From the IMG/VR virus record IMGVR_UViG_3300045988_154040: 64,000 nucleotides of DNA; one strand, given 5' to 3'. The notes beneath the pieces were generated by a model. That model was not told the origin of the DNA. It worked only from the letters and a program-made list of their open reading frames with translations, and ran no database searches. The stretch is from a virus. A program made the position numbers and the translations under genes. This document shows positions 34,320 to 42,148 of the stretch, piece after piece; position 1 is the stretch's first letter, and each line of letters starts with the position of its first letter.

Positions 34320-35330
34320 GAAATATGCATGAATGTGTGATTGGTGGGAGAGCAAGAGAACGTGAGAATATGGATACGAGAGCGTACAACGTGGTTAGCA
34401 GAGTGTGTGTGGGTGGATGTGGGAAAACGTGTGGCAGAGGGTGTAAGGTCGGTGTATATGGATTGTACGTGATTGTAAGATGGATGGAGAGGGAAGGAAG
34501 GAGTGGGAGAGAGGATAGACGGAATGTGCAGCGAGGGTGGGAAATATGGGAAAAGGATTGAGAGGTGAGGAGAAATGGGGAAAATGGAAATGAATGGATA
34601 GGGATATTGGGGATGTGGTGAGGGAATGTGAGGGGAAAGAGTAGGGATATGGTGAGAGTGAGAGGATGAAATGGGAGGTGAGAGAACATATATATCGAGG
34701 GTTCGCCATTACCCTTATCAATATTTATATATATAATGTGACGCATTTGGTTACGAGTGGAACCGGTATCATTCGTATAAAAACCATTAGTATATCTCGA
34801 TTTTTGAGGTATTTTCATAGGTAAAAATGACAAAAGCGTCTATAATACATATTATGCACACTTTTTATTCTGATTTCCCGACACTGCGACATGTGGCTTT
34901 CCCCCCAGTTTTGGCAATTGTCAGATAATTCACTCAAACCCGGGGGTACTTTCAGACAATTCGGATATACGATTTTTGAAAAAGGCCATTAGCTGACCAA
35001 TCACGAACTCTCCAACCATCACCCTCCCCATCCCTCTTACTATTTATTCATCTATCTCCATCCCTCCCTCCATCTCCCTTATATATATTATATAATATAT
35101 CTCTACCCTCCACCCATCCCTCCCAATCTCCCCTATCTCCCTCCCCTATACTTTCCCCTACATTCTCAATTTCCCTCCCCAAACCATCATTTTCTCCTAT
35201 ACTTTCGCACCTTCTTCACCTCAACTTTTCCCGTCTCGATTGATAACATTCCGAATTTCTCACAATCCCCATTTCATCCCTTTATTTTTAGCCATGCACC
35301 TTTCCTAATCTCAACTATTTAATTGACCTT
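34320..35330. other. strand-asymmetric element: C-depleted arm, ~320-bp spacer, G-depleted arm
   Basis: No C occurs at 34533-34686 (154 nt) and C is sparse from about 34320. No G occurs at 35006-35206 (201 nt) and G is sparse to about 35330. The two arms share reverse-complementary blocks. Confidence 0.85.
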
Positions 35331-35560
35331 TCAGCAACCCCAAAAATCAGAAAAAATCTCAAAAAAATTTTTCACACCATCCAAAATTTTAGCTCGCTAC
35401 ACCCCATTCTGATTTGAGCAGATTGTGCCTGAAATACACCCTGTTACAACCTCATATACGGCATATCTGACCGTTTTCTGTCTTATCGTGACCAATCCTC
35501 CATTTCTCATATTTGAACGCTTCTACTCTCTTGTACTCGTTCATATTTTTTAAAAATTAA

Positions 35561-35597
35561 ATTTAAAAAAGAGAACCGCTGATTTCGATTCTCTTTT
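35561..35597 (-). terminator. intrinsic terminator ending the 43.6-35.66 kb minus-strand gene run
   Basis: Stem AAAAGAGAA (35567-35575) / TTCTCTTTT (35589-35597). A T-rich tail follows on the minus strand. Confidence 0.5.
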
Positions 35598-35658
35598 AAG
35601 AAGAAATAGTTATAAAAAATGGTAAGGTATACTATCATTTTTCTTTGAATCTTTTCTA

Positions 35659-36216
35659 TTATAATTTATCAGTAGAAGTGTAACCGTTTTCTCTGTCCCA
35701 CACTTTTGTGTAGTGGTTGAACACGCCGATATATGCCGCACAATTGGTAGTATAGATTGCATCAATATCAAAACTATCATCTTCATCTTCATTATCTCGA
35801 CAAGTCAAATCACTTTTGTAGGTGTTTAAATCCATCCATCCATAACTATTTAATCTTCCGTTTATTCCAATGCGCCGTAGCACATTAGTACTGGAAATTG
35901 GGGTATTTTTCATATCTGTATTAAGCATTACTAAATACATACTTTCGCTTTTTGTCTCCACAATCATTCCTGACTTGAGGAAATCTTTGGGGGTGATATC
36001 TTCTTCTTTTTCTTTTGGAGGGGCTGTATCTGTGAACTGAATATGCTCTACTCTGGGGATTATCATTTTTCCGCTGGGGAGTTTTACCAAGGCAACAGGA
36101 TATTGGCCCAATGAATCTTCATCATAATTGGTGCTAAAGCCGCAAAACTCGCCGTCTTTGAAAAGTACGTATCCTAATTTTTCATCCCAATATTTACCAC
36201 AACATTTACCTTCCAT
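35659..36216 (-). CDS. hypothetical protein (paralog of 37634..38050)
   Basis: 185 aa. The C-terminal part (GMIVETKSESMYLVML...YTKVWDRE) parallels TGMFVKITDGRIYFVL...YVKIWDRD. Confidence 0.45.
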   Translation of the reverse strand: MEGKCCGKYWDEKLGYVLFKDGEFCGFSTNYDEDSLGQYPVALVKLPSGKMIIPRVEHIQFTDTAPPKEKEEDITPKDFLKSGMIVETKSESMYLVMLNTDMKNTPISSTNVLRRIGINGRLNSYGWMDLNTYKSDLTCRDNEDEDDSFDIDAIYTTNCAAYIGVFNHYTKVWDRENGYTSTDKL

Positions 36217-36227
36217 ATCTTTCCTCC

Positions 36228-36572
36228 TTAAAATGAAAATGGGTCTTTATTTTCCAAGGATTCCACTTCTTCCCATGCATCTTCATTTTCTGGTGGGATT
36301 GATGGGATTTTCTTATTAGGGTTCTTTGATTTTTGGGGAGTTGGGACTTCATAGCGGTCAGCATAAATAACCAATTCATTGATTACTTCTTTTCTGCCAT
36401 CTACAGTGAAACCAACTATATTTAGCAATTCTGCCGCCAATTCATCATGGCGCACAGGATAATCTGCAAATACCACTTTCAGATTTTTTCCTTTGATTGC
36501 ATCATCATTAAGTATGTTTCTTAAAACATTTGTTGTTAAAAACACTTTCTTAGGTTGGGAATTTTTCATCAT
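36228..36572 (-). CDS. hypothetical protein (paralog of 38316..38639), acidic tail ending DPFSF
   Basis: 114 aa. MMKNSQPKKVFLTTNVLRNILNDD.. aligns with MMKNPQPQPNKAFLTTDVLRSILNDD... Confidence 0.45.
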   Translation of the reverse strand: MMKNSQPKKVFLTTNVLRNILNDDAIKGKNLKVVFADYPVRHDELAAELLNIVGFTVDGRKEVINELVIYADRYEVPTPQKSKNPNKKIPSIPPENEDAWEEVESLENKDPFSF

Positions 36573-36672
36573 GAATTTTTCTCCTTCTTGCGAAATTTGT
36601 GATTGATAGTTATGGCCCTCATATACTGGCTGAATATCTCTAATTCATCTGCTGCTTGTAATTCCTTTTAAA

Positions 36673-36957
36673 TTAATTTTTACTTGCTAACCCAATTTTT
36701 TTCATTTTTTTCATAAATAACTTCATTTCATAATACGTAAGTCCAACACAGGTATTGCCAATTTTCTTATTATCCATCAAATTTTTATCATATGACTGAA
36801 TAATATGTTTACCTGATTTTTTATATGATAAATCAACACATTGTGTATACTTATATTTTTTATCATCTCTTTCGTAAGAAGCTCCGTATTCATTTTCTGA
36901 TACTTTTGTAAATCCAATTTCTTTTAACCTATCATCAATACTCTTAAATAATTTCAT
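36673..36957 (-). CDS. hypothetical protein
   Basis: 94 aa ORF. Confidence 0.4.
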   Translation of the reverse strand: MKLFKSIDDRLKEIGFTKVSENEYGASYERDDKKYKYTQCVDLSYKKSGKHIIQSYDKNLMDNKKIGNTCVGLTYYEMKLFMKKMKKIGLASKN

Positions 36958-37178
36958 TATATATTCCTCTTTCTTTCTCTAATTATAAAATTCTTCAAAA
37001 TTACTCTTTAAATACTTCTTTTGCTGTCTATAAAATCGTTATGGGAAATATAAATTGAAACTGGAAGAACTTTGCCATTTTCACCCAAAAATCCATATCC
37101 CAAAGTCGCTCTTATCGCATCAGTTTTTTTATAAAAATCCCAAAGTTGTTAAATATAAAAAATAAATAAAGGAGAACT

Positions 37179-37325
37179 ATGAATAATTATCAGTACGTAA
37201 ACATTATAATAAATATAAATTGTAAGGAAGGGTGTAAACGTACTGCTAAAGAGGGTATAAATCCTTTATCTATTTTAATAAATATGGCTGTTGGCATTAT
37301 AACAATAGTTAAATTTATTAGATAA
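37179..37325 (+). CDS. 48-aa small protein with hydrophobic C-terminus
   Basis: ATG at 37179 with AAAGGAGAA upstream. MNNYQYVNIIININCKEGCKRTAKEGINPLSILINMAVGIITIVKFIR. Followed by a plus-strand terminator. Confidence 0.35.
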   Translation: MNNYQYVNIIININCKEGCKRTAKEGINPLSILINMAVGIITIVKFIR

Positions 37326-37346
37326 AGTATAACCATTATTTTTTTC

Positions 37347-37380
37347 AAGTCCCCTGTGTGTCATCACCGGAGACTTTTTA
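37347..37380 (+). terminator. plus-strand intrinsic terminator
   Basis: AGTCCCC (37348-37354) pairs with GGAGACT (37369-37375) with one bulge, followed by TTTTT. Confidence 0.45.
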
Positions 37381-37409
37381 TATTATGTCCACATCAATTA
37401 TTTATTATT

Positions 37410-37598
37410 TTATGTTAATATAAATATCCATAAAATAATTATGGTTATTATCCAAATTATTTTCATTTCTTTTTTATAAGTATCATTTTTATTAAATATT
37501 ATCCATATAGATGTAAATATACAAATAATAGTAGCAATTAATTGAAGCATAAATAAAAATATTGTCATAAATTTCCTTTCTAATATTTCTATATGCAT
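37410..37598 (-). CDS. small two-TM membrane protein
   Basis: 62 aa. Two hydrophobic helices (IFLFMLQLIATIICIFTSIWIIF and IIWIITIIILWIFIL). Confidence 0.4.
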   Translation of the reverse strand: MHIEILERKFMTIFLFMLQLIATIICIFTSIWIIFNKNDTYKKEMKIIWIITIIILWIFILT

Positions 37599-37633
37599 TC
37601 CCCTAAATTATATTGGGGGGGATTAAAATATTT

Positions 37634-38050
37634 TTATAAACGGCGGCGAGATATACTATAATCTCTAAAATTTCCGTGTTCATCAATAATATGTTTCTTT
37701 AATAATTGTTTTTTTACTATTTCGTTTTTGGTTTTATCTCTATCCCATATTTTTACATATGCATCAATATCACCAATTTCTACTGCAAATACAGCACGAT
37801 ACACTTCTTCGATGTTAAAAATATTTTCGGAGCTATATTGAGTATGAAATGTTAAATCTTCATTATAATTAGCTAAGCTTAACCACTCATGTGTTCCTGA
37901 TAAGCCATCATACTTTATATTTGTAAAATTTATTAATATATCTTTAGCAGTAGTAGTTGTTTCATTCATTCCTGTATCACGAAGTACAAAATAAATTCTA
38001 CCATCTGTAATTTTTACAAACATACCTGTTTTTAAATCATTCTTCGTCAT
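37634..38050 (-). CDS. hypothetical protein (paralog of 35659..36216)
   Basis: 138 aa. See the paralog note at 35659..36216. Confidence 0.45.
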   Translation of the reverse strand: MTKNDLKTGMFVKITDGRIYFVLRDTGMNETTTTAKDILINFTNIKYDGLSGTHEWLSLANYNEDLTFHTQYSSENIFNIEEVYRAVFAVEIGDIDAYVKIWDRDKTKNEIVKKQLLKKHIIDEHGNFRDYSISRRRL

Positions 38051-38297
38051 TGTTCTTTCTCCAATTTTCTGTGTTCCAACATATATTACATGGAATTTCT
38101 TGTTCTACACAATCATTTATTTTTTCTAAAATTATAGAAAATTCGTCAGGGCAATATGCATTGATGATTATATTCTTTTGTTCTTCTTCTGTTAAAGAAT
38201 TCCAGTTTTCTTCATTCCTAACATTTAGCATTTTATTTTTTTCAAGTATAGTCTCTTTACAATTTTGTAACACATAATCTATAACTTTAATTTCCAT
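38037..38297 (-). CDS. hypothetical protein
   Basis: 86 aa ORF with no counterpart in the paralogous cassette. Confidence 0.4.
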   Translation of the reverse strand: MEIKVIDYVLQNCKETILEKNKMLNVRNEENWNSLTEEEQKNIIINAYCPDEFSIILEKINDCVEQEIPCNICWNTENWRKNNDEE

Positions 38298-38315
38298 ATT
38301 TTATTCTCCTTTAAA

Positions 38316-38639
38316 TTAAAATAAAAATGGGTCTTTAAAAGGGTCTTTATTTTCTTGTGATTCTGTTTCTTCGTCCAAAATATCATTTGTTTTCTGTAAA
38401 GTTGGAGTTTCATAACAATTAGTATAGATAACTAATTCTTTAATTTCTTCTTTCTTACCTTCTACAGTAAAACCAGTTATATTTAATAATTCTACTGCTA
38501 ATTCATCATGATATACAGGATAATTAACAAATACTACTTTGTAATTATTTTCTTTAACTGTATCATCATTAAGTATACTCCTGAGAACATCTGTTGTTAA
38601 AAATGCTTTATTAGGCTGAGGCTGAGGATTTTTCATCAT
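38316..38639 (-). CDS. hypothetical protein (paralog of 36228..36572), tail ending DPFKDPFLF
   Basis: 107 aa. See the paralog note at 36228..36572. Confidence 0.45.
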   Translation of the reverse strand: MMKNPQPQPNKAFLTTDVLRSILNDDTVKENNYKVVFVNYPVYHDELAVELLNITGFTVEGKKEEIKELVIYTNCYETPTLQKTNDILDEETESQENKDPFKDPFLF

Positions 38640-38650
38640 GATTTTTCTCC

Positions 38651-38839
38651 TTAATGATTAGCAAAACATGCATTACGCTGAGCATTGTTAAGTTTAAAGT
38701 AAATACATTTAGGTTCACTTTTAAAATTCATAGCATATGCTTTTGTAATAATAGAATTAATTTCTTTTGTAAATTTTTCAAAATCATCTCTATAAGCACA
38801 AACATTTCTATGAACACAATTTTCACAAGCGTCACTCAT
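38651..38839 (-). CDS. small Cys-rich hypothetical protein
   Basis: 62 aa. CENCVHRNVC...C. Confidence 0.35.
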   Translation of the reverse strand: MSDACENCVHRNVCAYRDDFEKFTKEINSIITKAYAMNFKSEPKCIYFKLNNAQRNACFANH

Positions 38840-38853
38840 AACCGTTCCTCCTT

Positions 38854-39090
38854 TTAAGCTGTTGTATAACTGTTGTACAGCTTTATAGCATCTTTTAATT
38901 TAATGAATGGGGTTTCAACCACTTTTAAGGGGCCGTTCTCCACAAAAGATTCTTTAATGACCACATAAGAAATCTTGTCGAAATTGGGAATCTGAGGATT
39001 GATACAGCCAAACAACATTACCCTCATTTCACTATCCTTGTACTCACTCATGATAAACCTCTTAAATAATTCTTCTCTTACTTTATTCAT
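38854..39090 (-). CDS. hypothetical protein
   Basis: 78 aa ORF. Confidence 0.4.
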   Translation of the reverse strand: MNKVREELFKRFIMSEYKDSEMRVMLFGCINPQIPNFDKISYVVIKESFVENGPLKVVETPFIKLKDAIKLYNSYTTA

Positions 39091-39104
39091 TTCTCATTCT
39101 CCTT

Positions 39105-39389
39105 TTATAATATTTTTATTATTTTTATGTTGTAATGAGAATCTAAATAATCTTTAAGAATATTTAAATCATCATTTTCATTTTCTCCACTTATCCTAAA
39201 TTCTATTGTATCTTTTAATAATTCAGTGTTGCAGTTAAATTCAGTAATGCCTAATAAACTTTTGGCGTTTACTTCTTTTCTTATAGTTTTATTAACCAAT
39301 CTTACATCACTGTTTAAAGTACAGGTGCAAGAAACAACAGATGGAAAATTATGGGGATAACTTTTAAAACAAAATGAAAATATTTTCAT
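39105..39389 (-). CDS. hypothetical protein
   Basis: 94 aa ORF. Confidence 0.35.
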   Translation of the reverse strand: MKIFSFCFKSYPHNFPSVVSCTCTLNSDVRLVNKTIRKEVNAKSLLGITEFNCNTELLKDTIEFRISGENENDDLNILKDYLDSHYNIKIIKIL

Positions 39390-39407
39390 AATATTTTTCT
39401 TCTTTCT

Positions 39408-39689
39408 TTACAAGAACAGCCAGGAGTACAGGGAGAAAAATGGATATAGGATAACCCTGACGATTGATAGGATACAAGTTAGTACAAACAAGAACAAGAG
39501 ACTTAACACGTCAAAGGGTAACATCCACCAATTTGTATAAACATTTACCTTGTGCTTTGTTTTACTATGCCACCAGCATTTTAAATCGAATAACTGATAA
39601 ATAAATAGCTGATTAAACCAATTTCCTTTCACCGCTAATTCTTTATTACAGATTTTACAAACTCCTTGTCTTTTCTTTATCATTTCCAT
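39408..39689 (-). CDS. hypothetical membrane protein
   Basis: 93 aa. CKIC near the N-terminus and a C-terminal hydrophobic helix. Confidence 0.35.
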   Translation of the reverse strand: MEMIKKRQGVCKICNKELAVKGNWFNQLFIYQLFDLKCWWHSKTKHKVNVYTNWWMLPFDVLSLLFLFVLTCILSIVRVILYPFFSLYSWLFL

Positions 39690-39916
39690 ATATTTTCTTT
39701 TTTCTCCTTTTCTTTATCTTCTTTATATCGTTTATAGAATATTTCCATTTGTTTCTCAATTTCTGGGTCGTTTAATTCTTCTTCTGGCATTTGAGCACGA
39801 CTTCCACCTACAGCACAAGGAGATATTTTATATATTTCATGAAATAAATTGTAATCTGACATAACTGTACAATCTCCCATAGAATCTTCAAATCTACAAC
39901 CAGAACCGTAGCACAT
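39680..39916 (-). CDS. hypothetical protein
   Basis: 78 aa ORF directly downstream of a sigmaA-type promoter. Confidence 0.35.
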   Translation of the reverse strand: MCYGSGCRFEDSMGDCTVMSDYNLFHEIYKISPCAVGGSRAQMPEEELNDPEIEKQMEIFYKRYKEDKEKEKKENIWK

Positions 39917-39995
39917 AATTTCTCCTTTGCTTTATATGTACTTTGCCGATATATCAAATCAATTATAAATATATCGGTAAGTTGATGTTACATAG

Positions 39996-40024
39996 ACTAT
40001 ATCATATAAAATAATATATGTCAA
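39996..40024 (-). promoter_or_regulatory. sigmaA-type promoter (TTGACA-17-TGATATAGT)
   Basis: Minus strand reads TTGACA (40024-40019), a 17-nt spacer ending in TGA, then TATAGT (40001-39996). Confidence 0.55.
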
Positions 40025-40149
40025 TAGTTTTTGCAATTATTTTTTTATATATATTTTTGTATCACAAACTGGACAAATAATACATTCTGTAGATTCGTAC
40101 ATACTACATTGAACAGTTTTTAATCTTCCAAATTTTAATATTGCTTATG

Positions 40150-40668
40150 TCAGTTTTGATTATCTGGTAATGGCATCCAGGCAATTGGGTTATAAGTATC
40201 CCATCCATCAAAAAATATTTTCTGTCCTGATGATGTACTGATATAAAACGATACCGTCCTCATACCATCAGGCAATAAAATCAAGAGTTTTTCATCCTCC
40301 CGCATAGCCCCACTGGTTTTTGGTGTCCGCTCATCTACCGGAATCCATCTATAGTTATCCATTGCCTCAAGCGCTTCTATTGCCATGATATTACGCTCTA
40401 CAGTTCCATCTTCTTTTCCTGTCAAAAGCGCATTATCTATCTCAAATCCTTCAATTGCATCTCTGACCGTCATAATCTTTCCTTCCTCCGGTTCTCCCGG
40501 AAATGCTAATTTCCTGTTTCTGAATAACTGTTCGCATTCTACTGGTGTTAATTTGCACTGACAACATTGGCAACTCTTACCTGTTGCCCCACACCTATAA
40601 TCCTCGTCATACTCGTTCCCGCTACGAAATGGGATAACTACAACATAAGGACAGTTATAAAAATCCAT
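40150..40668 (-). CDS. DUF551-like protein with Cys-rich N-terminal part
   Basis: 172 aa. The C-terminus RWIPVDERTPK....IAWMPLPDN fits the DUF551 pattern (W.pv.e.lP ... W.PLP) as I remember it. Confidence 0.4.
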   Translation of the reverse strand: MDFYNCPYVVVIPFRSGNEYDEDYRCGATGKSCQCCQCKLTPVECEQLFRNRKLAFPGEPEEGKIMTVRDAIEGFEIDNALLTGKEDGTVERNIMAIEALEAMDNYRWIPVDERTPKTSGAMREDEKLLILLPDGMRTVSFYISTSSGQKIFFDGWDTYNPIAWMPLPDNQN

Positions 40669-40698
40669 GCATTACCTTCTTTCTTAATTGTCAGTTCG

Positions 40699-40947
40699 TT
40701 ACTTTCTTTTCCAATATTTACAAACTGATTTTCCAGTGATACTTTTTATTTGCTCTCTGAAATCTCCTCCAAAAGGCAAATCATAATCATCTTCTAATTC
40801 TGAAGAGTGTTTACATACAGGATAAACATATGATGGTAGTTCACATCTTCCATATTCACCATATTGTCCATTAAAACAATCCCATTCTTTAAACAATTTA
40901 CATGATTCACAATTTTTATTGCATTTCTTTTTCTGTCTACTATTCAT
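40699..40947 (-). CDS. small Cys-rich hypothetical protein
   Basis: 82 aa with eight Cys. Confidence 0.35.
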   Translation of the reverse strand: MNSRQKKKCNKNCESCKLFKEWDCFNGQYGEYGRCELPSYVYPVCKHSSELEDDYDLPFGGDFREQIKSITGKSVCKYWKRK

Positions 40948-40966
40948 TCTCCATCTTCTCCAAACC

Positions 40967-41125
40967 TTAATTTACTGGTTCCCAATACCAGTCAACCCGT
41001 TGCATGACAATTTCTTTAATATCCTCTTCTATTTCTTCGTCTGTCGCCCCGTCCGGATATTCCAGCTCATCCTCTACATCAGTACCAGCATATCCATAAT
41101 TAGCTTTATATTTTACTTTTCTCAT
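40967..41125 (-). CDS. 52-aa acidic hypothetical protein
   Basis: ATG at 41125 with GGAGA upstream. MRKVKYKANYGYAGTDVEDELEYPDGATDEEIEEDIKEIVMQRVDWYWEPVN. Below the ORF-track cutoff. Confidence 0.45.
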   Translation of the reverse strand: MRKVKYKANYGYAGTDVEDELEYPDGATDEEIEEDIKEIVMQRVDWYWEPVN

Positions 41126-41145
41126 TTTTCATCTCCATTAAAATA

Positions 41146-41310
41146 CTAATTTTCCTCATTATGCGATGTGCAGTATTCGCACCATTTGCAAGCCTCTATT
41201 GGCTCATCATCACCGGCACGACTAAATCCCATACATTTACCATTACTGTCCCGTCCCGGCTCCCCGCATCGCCTAATATACTTACAGTTGTCTGGTGTCC
41301 TCTTTGGCAT
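41146..41310 (-). CDS. 54-aa Cys-rich hypothetical protein
   Basis: ATG at 41310 with GGAGG upstream. MPKRTPDNCKYIRRCGEPGRDSNGKCMGFSRAGDDEPIEACKWCEYCTSHNEEN. GC-richer than its surroundings. Confidence 0.45.
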   Translation of the reverse strand: MPKRTPDNCKYIRRCGEPGRDSNGKCMGFSRAGDDEPIEACKWCEYCTSHNEEN

Positions 41311-41429
41311 TTTACACCTCCAAAATTCCTAAATAATATTGAAAATAAAATTATCTATCAATGTTGAAATATTATTGCAAAAATTGTAAAAACAAATTAT
41401 AATAATGCAATTTTTAATTACATATTTTA

Positions 41430-42146
41430 TTATTTACTTTCAATTGTTATAAAATCACTTATTTCCTGTGCGTTTGGTAAATGTGCAAAAAAATTAGCTA
41501 AATCTCTTAATTCTTTTTGTTTATGATTACGTCTGGCAAAATAGTAAGCTCTGGCAGTTTGAGCAGAACAAGTATAAGTGGCAGTAAAATTAAAACTTTG
41601 AGGTAAATCTTGTATAATTTGTCTAAATATATTTTCTTTTTCTTCTGAATCAGCAGGTAAAGAATTATATTTTAGAATAAGATTGTTTAAATGTAAAATA
41701 GTTGCATCACGAAACGGATTATTAATTATTTTTCCATTTTTATCATCATAACTAAAATCATTTATAGTTAAAGGTCTACTTGTAATTTTGTGCATACGAC
41801 TGGAAGAATTTTTTACAGTAGCTACTTTATAGGTATCAATATCCCACCATGCCGTCATAGGAGCTGTAAGTAAAAAAGAAAGTTGTATTTGTCTAAACCA
41901 TTTTCCATGGTCAGTTCCAGCTAATATTAAATTCTCTGCTAATTTTTTATCTTTAGGGCCTATGATGATTCTTAATATTTTATTATGACTATTAAAATCA
42001 TTAAGCGGAATTGTAAATATTTCTCCATTATCATAATTGTAAGTTAAACAATAAGAATCTGATAAAAGATTACTATTTTTAGGTAATCTCATACCATATA
42101 AAGCATTTGCTAATCCTGAAATTTCCATTTTTTCAATTTTTATCAT
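41430..42146 (-). CDS. ThyX-like (flavin-dependent thymidylate synthase fold) protein lacking the canonical RHR motif
   Basis: 238 aa. DHGKWFRQIQLSFLLTAPMTAWWDIDTYKVATVKNSSSRMH parallels H..FEH..f.i.a....q..RHR..S..e.S.RY. The C-terminal LPQSFNFTATYTCSAQTARAYYFARRNHKQKELRDLA parallels LP....t...mn.r...hf...R....AQ.EIR.la. Confidence 0.4.
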   Translation of the reverse strand: MIKIEKMEISGLANALYGMRLPKNSNLLSDSYCLTYNYDNGEIFTIPLNDFNSHNKILRIIIGPKDKKLAENLILAGTDHGKWFRQIQLSFLLTAPMTAWWDIDTYKVATVKNSSSRMHKITSRPLTINDFSYDDKNGKIINNPFRDATILHLNNLILKYNSLPADSEEKENIFRQIIQDLPQSFNFTATYTCSAQTARAYYFARRNHKQKELRDLANFFAHLPNAQEISDFITIESK

Positions 42147-42148
42147 TA

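Noticed and set aside
34156-34833. Tracked ORFs 34156..34833(-), 34395..34721(-) and 34325..34561(+) across the C-free tract.
   Set aside because: The translations are low-complexity (P/S/L/H/T-rich or G/R/E-rich), as expected from a three-letter DNA tract. There is a TTG start without an SD, and several frames are open at once. I treat the region as non-coding.
34320-35330. Reading the G-rich and C-rich arms as one long simple hairpin or inverted repeat.
   Set aside because: The matching blocks occur in the order 1-2 ... 1'-2', not 1-2 ... 2'-1'. The arms are therefore not collinear as a hairpin would require, and only short blocks are truly complementary.
35610-35792. ORF 35610..35792(-), overlapping the 3' end of 35659..36216 in another frame.
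   Set aside because: It lies largely inside the longer paralog-supported gene and has no SD.
37010-37140. Minus-strand open frame ..DFYKKTDAIRATLGYGFLGENGKVLPVSIYISHNDFIDSKRSI.
   Set aside because: There is no ATG, GTG or TTG after the upstream stop, and no SD. It is probably a gene fragment, too weak to annotate.
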